Source: Basidiobolus meristosporus CBS 931.73 (lineage: Eukaryota > Fungi > Basidiobolomycota). Taken from it: a stretch of DNA of 64,000 bases. The stretch covers positions 7,871-71,870 of the forward strand of contig MCFE01000457.1 of the NCBI GenBank assembly GCA_002104905.1, given 5' to 3'. The translations under genes and the position numbers were made by a program. Below the pieces are notes generated by a model. That model saw only the letters and a program-made list of their open reading frames with translations. It did no database searches and was not told the DNA's origin. Shown piece by piece: positions 11,901-21,453 of the stretch; within the stretch, counting starts at the first letter, position 1; the number at the start of each line of letters is the position of its first letter.

Positions 11901-12626
11901 CGCAGTCACGGTGGTCGGGTGGATTTCTGTTGCCTTCCTTGATGCGGAGGCGACGATCGTTATGGCGAGGGGCGCGAATCAGTCCAGACGACTCGCAGTA
12001 AAACCTCCCGAATCCAAGTCTTATGGCACAAGGCGGTGGGAGTCGAGCCCAGATCAGGGAATTCAATCGGTTTCATCGAAGGCCAGAGCAGCTGAAGGAT
12101 AGATCTAGGGGTAGCGTTTTCCAAGATGAAGACGTACGCGGATCGCTACCAAACCGGCAGCATTCGCCTTGACGCTTGCAAGCTCGTCATAGCATCGAGT
12201 TGTTTGAGGTGATGCTTCAATCGAATCCAGTTTGGTCTCCAGGAGGTCTGACATGGCACGGAATCTCCCATGTCTCATGTATGATAGGAATGTGTACGAT
12301 TGTGGTCTTTGTCTCATGAATCATGCAGCATTCTTGAATCCGCCCACGCTCAACCACTCACCTTCCCCCGTAATTATCCCACTATGTTGCCTAGAGGTTT
12401 GCGGACAAATCCCAGTTATTACGTGGATGCGAGCGCTTCGCTATTGCGTAGACGCCCAATAAATAGGGGCATGCCAATCCCTAGCCTAGCAGGCGTCATT
12501 GCTTTAGTACCTAGAGTTCACGTTAGAACAAGTGGAGGCTGCCATCGCTACTTCCCAATCACTGGCTTTGTCTCCTATCTCTCAACTTGCTTTCTAGTCT
12601 CCACCGTCGAACACCTTTTGCTAGAA

Positions 12627-13022
12627 ATGCAGGAAAGCCAAGTTCTCTATCGCGCCTCACGTTCCCCACTATATGTCGATGAGGAAATACACGACGATGA
12701 CTCCAACTCTACCCCACGACTCTCACCCAGTGCTAGATATCGACAGAGCTACGAAGAAGCGCAGCATACTGTCTTTGGTCATAGCAAAAGCCTTTTACTT
12801 AGGCGTAGAAACCCTTCCCAGAAGGATGTGGTCACAAACACCAGTAATCCCACGCGGTCAACGCCCCGAACAAACGAAGAACACAACCCACCCACCGGGG
12901 AGTATTCTAGAGTGTGGGTGAACAGTAATTCCCCGCCCGCATCTGCCCCCAAGTTCGGGGTGGTCATGGATGTGTTTTCGGTGTTGATGATAGTTACGGT
13001 CGGATTCGTGATGGTTTTCTAG
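12627..13022 (+). CDS. Hypothetical small tail-anchored membrane protein (131 aa)
   Basis: ATG at 12627. A low-complexity S/T/P/R-rich body ends in one hydrophobic segment (VVMDVFSVLMIVTVGFVMVF-stop). No family recognised. Confidence 0.4.
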   Translation: MQESQVLYRASRSPLYVDEEIHDDDSNSTPRLSPSARYRQSYEEAQHTVFGHSKSLLLRRRNPSQKDVVTNTSNPTRSTPRTNEEHNPPTGEYSRVWVNSNSPPASAPKFGVVMDVFSVLMIVTVGFVMVF

Positions 13023-13229
13023 ACGTACTTGATGCTAACTCGTATATATTCTCAACGGTGTATTATTGGAACTTGCTAATCAAATTAAAATTTTTCTTAC
13101 CCATCGGACGCCTGAGGCTCTCGTACTTTGCCACGTCCTAATGGTTGACCAACGTGGTGGCCTGGTAGGGTGATGCATGGTGCGTTCCCTTTGCCCTAGT
13201 TCGTTCCCCAGGCTCATACACCACCTATG

Positions 13230-15060
13230 GAATCACGCCGTATCCAATGTCCAAGGTGTATGTCGCATATACTCGTTATACCAGAGTTGGAATGCGCCAC
13301 CATCTCCATCATTTCTAAATTTATCGAGCGTAGTGGTCATGCAATATCTGCTAGACGGGCTTATATCAAGATGGATGTGCATATAGAAGTAGGCATAGTG
13401 GCGTGATTCGATAGTACAGACAGCATACATCCACCTGCACTCGAGTGTTTCCCAGTTCCACATTTGGTGCGACCCCAGGACAGGCGAGCCCAGCTTCCGG
13501 CAGTCCAACCCAACTGACCTGAGTGAGTGGTCGTGGTGCCGTTGGATATGTGCTCTTGTTTGAGTCAGCGCGTCGAACCCCCATAGCTGGCAGGGACTGG
13601 CCTTCGGAAACGAAGCCGAATCTGTTCTGCCAACGGGCAGGATCATGAAAGATTCCCAAAGCTTGTGCCAGCCTTCGGGACGTGTCTCCACGACTCTAGT
13701 TGCTCCTTAATATGGCATCAGGGAACCAGCTGAGGTATAAATGGCCACTCCACCTGAGAGTGAGCACAAGTCATGCGTAAATAGCCTCCCGAGTGCAGGT
13801 AATCTGCACCCGCTGGTGCCCGAGGCCCGTATCGATGTATCGTGAAATCTCAAGTTGGTGTGTACAAACTTCTGGCCATCCTTCGGGATGGGTTACTGAT
13901 GGTACACGAGCGGCTGGTTTCACAGGATTCATCTGGTGACATTGACAAGGCTCTCCAGACATGACCCTCACCACACAAAGTTGGTGGCGGTATACCAGGG
14001 CGGCCCCTGCTCTAACCAGCTTACCTGGAGTATTGAGGAGGCTTGGAGGTATGTTGACCATAAAAAGCCAACATGTGTATACTTTACCTCATATCCCACT
14101 GCTTTAGTGCATCACAAACATCAGGGGCTCAATTCGTAGTGGCGCACTCAGTTGCTGCGAGTCGTCGCCATCAAAGGTTTGAGGCATGGGCTTGAGTGTG
14201 CTCTATCTCTCATTGCAGCTGTTGCAACCAACAACGGGCATGCTGGGGGTGCCTTGAGTGTGCAATGGATGCACCTGCGCAAGGGACGTGGATTTCAAAG
14301 TCTGAGATCCCATGCTCAGATTCTATGCCATCCTTGTGTGGCAGCCAATGGAGCTGTGCTTCTTGCTCAACCCTAACATGTATCTCCATCTCATGCCAAG
14401 CCGTATAACTAACCATTCCCAAGAATGTCTTATACTGCGCTATGGCCTTGCCGGTCACTTTAACCGCCTGGAGAAGAGGGCTATCCCGGCCAATAGCCAG
14501 AAGCCTATTGTGCACCTATTTTCCTAACCAAGGACGACACATCACAAGGAGTTGTTATGAATAACCGCATCAAATCGAACCTACCAATCGCCCAGGGAGC
14601 AATGGCATGATGCTGATGACAGTTCCAGACGATTCCATGATTTGTATCGGACCTGTCCATGGATGTAACCATTGATGTATAGGTGGTTCTGAGGTCGTCA
14701 TGATTTTTGCTCTTCACAGCACTTTGACAGAAGAGGCTTGAATGACCGGACTTCCGGGAGTTCTCCACTTCACTCATCCCAACGTCCTCACCATCGTTCT
14801 GATTGGTAAACAGAATCCACCACCAATGACCGGTGCAGAATCTCTAGTCACTTAAAGGTCTGGCAGGTTCATTGCCACTTCCTGCCAATTGATTTCCCGA
14901 TTGTGGCCATACAACCGGTCGAGTCGCTGGAAGTTCACTGGCACTTGGATGCTCCATGTTGTGTACGGGATCTAATTGTGGAGGCTGGGAACATCAATGG
15001 AAATGATCTCTGCTGGTATGTTGTGGAGGATGCCGGGAATGGGGGTTGGATCTAATCAAT
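13230..15060 (-). mobile_element. Very old Ty3/Gypsy pol relic (protease, RNase H and integrase traces)
   Basis: Fragmentary motifs occur in pol order on the minus strand: LYGHNREINW (protease tail), KTFLGMVSY, FEIHVPCAG (RNase H end), CQCHQMNP (integrase Zn finger) and KASPCQLWG (integrase core end). Many stops and frameshifts. Confidence 0.4.
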
Positions 15061-15131
15061 CAGTATCCGTGAATCTGTGGGTATGAATTTGTTTGACTGC
15101 CAGATTATCCATCTACTGCATGTTTATACTA

Positions 15132-15660
15132 TGGCAAATTTCGTATTTCCACCTAAATATTCGCTTGACTTAGTCACTTAGATCATGGCCTACAAATCTT
15201 AGAGAATTCTGGCCAAATCCCTTGTTTGGATTTACTTGGAGTATTTTCACCAAAACATCTGGTACCCAGAACATGAAAAATCTCAAAGTTGTCCAAACAG
15301 CCCCAAGATTTGCATATACATTCTTGGGATCTTCCTAGACATATTAGATGTGCTTGTTTTGCCAAGACCATGTAAAAGTATAGTTATTACTTCAGTAAAT
15401 CACCAAGTGAAAGCCATATAATCTACTTGTTCTCCCAATCACTTACAATATCTCCAAAACTCTTGCAACAGGTTATGAGCCCCAAGCTGTCACTCTCTGG
15501 GATGCTCACTACTGTTATTACTGGAGTTTTCCCCTCTGCTGAATAGCTGGATAGATCTAACTACCAGGCCTCAAATGTAAAGATGAAGGTGATGTCACAG
15601 GAATGAGGCATTTGGGATATTGTCATGGGACAAGAATACCCTCTTAAAGTTGTAAGTGAA
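15132..15660 (+). mobile_element. Ty1/Copia 5' LTR (15132-15470), PBS and start of gag; truncated
   Basis: The LTR ends in CAACA and matches the 17384-17729 LTR in the opposite orientation. It is followed by GGTTATGAGCCC (copia-type half-tRNA PBS) and a gag-like NY...KMKVM...IWDIVMG. Confidence 0.7.
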
Positions 15661-15669
15661 GCAGCTTTA

Positions 15670-16850
15670 AAGTGCTAGACAAAAGAACAAAGTACATTTG
15701 ACCAAATTTCCCTTGATGCTAAAGAAAAACTGCTAATATACTGCTCAATAGTTAAAACTGCATACACTGCTTGGAAGGAATTCAAGAACACCCAACAGCC
15801 ATGTTCTCCATGAGAAATAACTGTGATGGCCCCATCAAAAGGCTGCCACAGAATTGAATCCTGAGAAAAAGAAGCACTGGTACTGTTGGCATACAATGTG
15901 ATTATCAATGGAAAAGGGTTGTATCTCAGATTTCCCAAAAAACTGGGTCAAGCTTCCACCTCAATGACCCAATAGCTGCTTATCCTTGGCTCTCTGCCAT
16001 ATCTCTTACTGCCTGATGCTAAAAACCCAATCACCTCCTATCTTTGTACCTATTTACTGGCTATTTCCTGTTTTTCACTATCCACATATACTCACTCTAC
16101 TAGTGCCCCAATTATTGATGCATAAGGATTGGTTTATTTCTGCTTGATCCTCAGATATAGCACAATTCAAGATTATGCTGGCCTATACAAGTCAGTATGC
16201 TCAACATCAACAGTGAGCCCATCACCACGCTTGCCAAGTAACTCCATGAAAGTCCACTATTCAACTAGTACCTCTACCTCAGCATTCTTTGTCCATTACC
16301 TTGGCAGGAGCCCTGAGGCTATATTGCATTGCTTCATTGCTAGCTTACAAACATCCTGATCTTCAGCAAGCAGTCTGAGATCTAACATTTCATATACCAA
16401 TCTTTTCAATAAATACTTGCAGTATTCAAGAGCAATTTCTTTAACTTTACTATTGAAGAAGTGCTGCACCTTTGGTGTGCATATTACTGCTCCAAATGTT
16501 GCTCATGAGCATGTTGCTAAGCTCTGCTTAACATCACTGCCTTGTTTACCTGAGATCTCCACTGTGTTTACTTCAGAGGATGTAGGGGCTGCTGTAAAAG
16601 AAGTGCCAATATCTGCAGGCCCATCTACCTCTCTGGAGTGTAGTTTAACTGGCTACTTGTTGACCACTTGTGAAAGCCACCAGTGTCTTGCTAGCAATTC
16701 CTCTTGGTAATTGTTAGATTTAGACTGTTCTTTGTGGACATGGTGATATAGAGAAAAATGTAGCTTTAGTCCTTCACCTCTCTGCCTCTGCCTTAACCAG
16801 ACTTTGTTTACTTCTCTATTTTTACCAATGGCAGAATATTCACTCCCCAT
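15670..16850 (-). pseudogene. Decayed C-terminal part of the CACTA-associated accessory ORF
   Basis: Translation QHFFNSKVKEIALEYCKYLLKR...LAEDQDV...DLYR...LWQPFDGAI aligns with QHFFKSSAQGNTLEYCKDLLQR...VAEDQDM...DLYR...HPFDGII at 59.5-58.8 kb. Confidence 0.65.
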
Positions 16851-17383
16851 GAAAAGTATTTTGGTGCTGCAGGTATGTTGTCTTCAAGAGAACAGTGTAA
16901 TAAAAACTCTTGAATGGTTTAACCAAACCAAAGAGACATGGAAGTGCAGAGTCTTAGAATTATCAGACAGTGGCAGAAGTATTTCAAGAAAGGATATGGT
17001 CTTACAAGAGATTTAAATAAAGAAGGGCTTAACCTTAAATGTAACAGAGTTGATTTGCTATGTAGGCCAGGCTTGGTGTCCCTAAGATTGTGAGATATTG
17101 TTGTGCATCAACATTTAAAACTTTCTAATTTTACTCTGTTGCAAAATCTAGTGCCCTATTGATTTTCCCTAACCCAAACATAACTAATCCCAGTTATGGT
17201 TTGCTTTATCACTTCTCAGAATCTATTTTTAGCTGTCACACCTGATCACTTCTCATGTGGCCATTTTGTTAACAACTTATCTGCCATGCCTTCCCAGGTG
17301 ATTAGTCATCTGAGATCTATTTAACCACTTAGCAGTTGCCAAGACATCAGCTGTTTAATGATGTAACTTTCATATATCTTATG

Positions 17384-20300
17384 TGTTGTAAGAGTCTTGG
17401 AGATATTGGAAGTAACTGGGAGGACTTGTAGATTATGTGGTTTTTGCTCAACAATTTATTGAATATAAAAGTAGTATTTATACTTTTACATGGTCTTGCC
17501 ATAACAAACACGTAGAATAAATTAAGAAAGGTCCCAAGAACATGTGTGCAAAGTTTGGGGCTGTTTGGACAACTTAGAGAATTTTTATATTCTGGGTACC
17601 TGGTATTTAGGTGAAAATATTCTAAGTAAATCCCAACAAGGAACTTGGTCAGTATTCTCTTGGATTTGAAGGTAATGATCTAAGTGACAAATTTAGGTGA
17701 ATGTTTAGGTGGAATTACAAATTATTACAACTCTCCTACTCAGCCAAATGTTCACAATGACTAGTCATAATTTTGACCTAAGATATTCAAACTTGTCTCT
17801 AGCTAATGGTGTGGTAAATATGTCTGCAATCATTTCATCTGAAGGACAGCAAACAAAGCTAACTAAGTTATTCTCTATAGCTTCACATATGAAATGATGT
17901 CTAATATCTATGTGCTTAGTTCTAGCATGAAAAGCTGGATTTCTGCCTAATTGTATAAATCCCTGATTATCTTGAAATAAAGTGATAGGTGCTTATGACA
18001 TAGACCTAAATCTGTAAAAAGCTTTCTTAACCACATTGTTTCTTTTGTAGCTTCACAGGCTGCCATATACTCTGCCTCTGTGGCTGAAAGTGCTACAGTT
18101 GGTTGCTTTCTTGAATTCCATGAAATTGCTCCTTGACAGTAAAGAAAGGTGTATCCTGTGGTGGATCTTCTGTCTTCCAAATTTTGTCCCCAAGCAGCAT
18201 CAGAGTATCCCACAAGGTCCTGTTCTGAATCCTTTTAAGTGTATCTTAAACAGGTATCAGCAGCTCTTTTCAGGTATCTAAAAATCTGCTTAACTGCTGC
18301 AATATGATCAGATCCATAGTTCTGACTATGTTGGCTTACAACTCCCACAGGATATGAGATATCTGGATGTGTTCCAAGCATGAAATACATCCAACTGCTG
18401 ACCATAGATTGGTAAGGAAAGTCAGGGCTTTCAGATGGAACCAAGCTCTCTTGATTTGATTGAGTTTTGACCAAGTTAATGTTTGTCTCCATTGGGGTAG
18501 CTGCCAGTTTACAGTCTTCCATTTGGTACCTCTTCTGTATATCTTGAATATACTTAGACTGGTTTAGGGTGCTAGTCTGGGTACTTCTGTTTATGGAGAA
18601 CTTAATCCCTAAGTAGCAAATGAGTTCTCCTAGATTGGACATCTTGAGCTCCTTAGATAGGCTGGATTTAGTCTTTTCCAGTGTTTCTAGGTTATTGGTG
18701 GCTATAATAAGATCATCCCCATATAGAGCTAATAGAACTGGATTTGCTCTATCTGGCTTATAGTATATACTATAGTCAGCCTTGCTCCTTTTGAAACTCA
18801 AAGATTACAAATAAGAATCTATCTTGCAATTCCAGGCTCTTGGTGATTGTTTAAGACCATACAGAGACTTTTTAAGCTTGCAGACCAAATGAGGGCTATC
18901 TTGGTCAACAAACCCATCAGGCTGGTCCATATACACATCCTCATCAAGTTCTCCATTCAAGAATGCAGTTTTACATCCATTTGATGAATAAAAAACTTAT
19001 ATTTGGCTGCAATAGCCAATATTAATCTGATGGAATTAAACTTGGCTACCAGTTCAAAGGTCTCAGTATAGTCAAGTCCTTTTGTTTGAGAGTATCCTTG
19101 GGCCACAAGTCTGGCTTTGTATCTTTCAATTGTACCATCAGCTTTGTATTTTGTCTTAAAAACCCATCTGCATCCATTGGTAATTTGATTAAGTCCCAAG
19201 TTTGATTTTACACCAGGGCCTGATATTCATCAGTCATTGCAGATCTCCAAAACTTTGTCCAAGGGCTATTTAGGGCCTCTTTTACAGTCTGGGGCTCATC
19301 AATAGGGACTGAATAGGCATAGGCCAAGTTTGTAACCTCATTGATGTAGTAATTTGGGCTATTTCTTGTGCAATTGGATCTCCAGGCATTTGATACTGGA
19401 ATGAGCACTTCTGGGAAATTCATGGACACTGATTCAAGCTGACCCATGGTAGTTGAATCCTCTGGAGTGAAAATTTTCATTGTTTTGCTCTGATTCAATC
19501 CTGACAATTGGTGGACTTGAGATTAGATTTTTGTCATCATTTGATGTCATTTTTTGTGAGCATTTTGAATTTTTATCAAACAACACATCCCTGGACTTGA
19601 TTTGACTCTTTGCTTTGGTATTGTAGAGTCTGTATGCTTTACTCTCATTGCAGTAACCCAAAAATATGCATTTTACACTTATTGGCTGAAATTTTTACTG
19701 ATTTCCAGGCAGTTACTTGGCATACGCTGTACAATCAAATATTCCAAGATGCTCTGCACTTGGTCTGTACCTATACCATGCTTCAAATGGAGTAGAATTA
19801 CAAAGTATTCTTTTATAACTCCTATTCTTAAGGTATACAGCAGTGGCAACTGATTCTGTCCAAAATTCATAGGATAATTTTAATCATGGATCATGTATCT
19901 TGCCATATCAATTATTGATCAGTTAGCACATTCTATTACTCCATTTTGCTGTGGGGAGTATGGTACAGTAGTCTCTTGCTTTATCCCTTGAATTTTGCAG
20001 AAGTGGATGAAGAGTTTTGAGGTATATTCTTCACCATTGTAGGAGCGTATTTTCTTGATTTTTTCACCAGTTTCTCTCTCCACCGTGACTTTGAGCACCC
20101 TGAGCTTAGACAGAGGTTCTTCCTTTCTCTCCATGAAGTAGACCCACATGTATCTTGTATAATCATCAATACAAGTGATTAAATACTTCATCCCACCTAA
20201 GGATAAATTTTGCATAGGTCCACACAGATCTGAGTGAATTAGATCTAAATTTTTTTTAGTATTGGTTAGCCCAGAGCTCTTGAACAGTTGTCTGGCTTGT

Positions 20301-20747
20301 TTCCCATATATGCAGGCTTCACAGTGCTCCAAATTAGCTGGGGGATAATTTACTCCGGAAATTAGTTGATCTTTGATCATTTTACACAAATAATCAAAAT
20401 TGATATGCCCAAATCTCCTGTGCCAAAGCATTGGTGTTTCTTCATTTAGGTTACTTATACTGGCTTCCAGATATGATGGGATATAAGTCAACTTGTATAG
20501 ACTCTGAACTCTGATACCCAAAGCCACATGGGCATCATATTGATCAGTGATCTTGCATCCAGAATTGTCAAACCTGAAACTGAGTCCTTCTGCTGTGACC
20601 TTGCTTACAGATAATAGGTTCTTGGCTATTTCTGGTATATAGAGTACTTCTTTAAAGGTCAGTGTATGGCTTCCTTCACTGCTTCTTAGGTTTACTTGGA
20701 TAGTTCCTTCCCCCACTGCGTCAAGTGTTCTATCATCACCCATGAAC
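17384..20747 (-). mobile_element. Ty1/Copia element, 5'-truncated (integrase, RT, RNase H, PPT, 3' LTR 17384-17729)
   Basis: WHRRFGH..CEACIYGKQ, IHSDLCGPM, IDDYTRY and QQNGVIE (integrase); WVFKTK..RYKARLVAQGYSQ and QMDVK..LYGDDLII (RT); GYSDAAW..STTGY..SWNSRKQPTVALSATEAEY (RNase H). PPT GAGTAGGAGAG lies before the LTR. Confidence 0.9.
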
Positions 20748-21231
20748 ATACTGCTTTCTCCACCTGGGATATTGATTGCCCTACACATATTATCTGTTCA
20801 TCCTGTTTCTGGACTATTTCCTGATATCTCTGGGCCATTGCATCTATCCTATCAGCCACTGCACCTAATTGCTACATTAATGCTTTGGTATGAGCTGACA
20901 ACATAATTGCTAATATGGGTAGTGGTGATGTTATCATGGCCAATTGCTGATCTTCAACTGAGGGTACTGCATTTGCTACATTCTCATCTGCCTGAGCATA
21001 ATAGTCAGCTTGTGGCTCCGCAGAGATTATCAATTGCCTACTTGACTGTGAGCCTGAGGAGTCTGCATTATTACCTTCAATGACCATACTGTCCACAGGG
21101 CCTTTTTTGGGTGTAGCCCTGCTTGTTGTACTGAATGTCAAAGCCAGCTGTTGTCTAACCATTCTTCTGTTGCCATCAGTGGTGGGGTATAGTTGAGACC
21201 CAGACAACTTTGCTTTATTCTTTGGCAGCAT
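20748..21231 (-). pseudogene. 5' fragment of the CACTA accessory ORF, divergent from the transposase and truncated against the Copia element
   Basis: MLPKNKAKLSGSQ...MLSAHTKALM is homologous to the copies starting at 61131 and ~55770. Confidence 0.7.
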
Positions 21232-21453
21232 ATATGTGGAAGTGAGTCAAACCAAAGGGAATATGGTCTTACATATACGTGTGTATGTGGTACCACAACT
21301 CTATTTGTAATGCTTACTATAGCCATTCATAATTGAATCTTACATTTATGTAGGTGCAATGTCTCAAATACAAGACTTTCTTAAACTCACATGAGTATTG
21401 ATCAAAAAGTGATGTAATAGTGTTACATTATTGAAGGTCAAAATGTTTGCCCC

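Noticed and set aside
12300-12626. N-terminal extension making a 240-aa ORF
   Set aside because: It relies on a non-ATG start in a eukaryote. Only the part from ATG 12627 is kept, and at low confidence.
15132-17729. 2.6-kb DNA transposon with ~340-bp TIRs
   Set aside because: The arms are Copia LTRs in opposite orientation: one is followed by a PBS and gag, the other is preceded by RNase H and a PPT.
20748-20788. Functional CACTA-accessory/Copia-integrase fusion
   Set aside because: It is a deletion junction between two decayed elements, and both partners carry stops.
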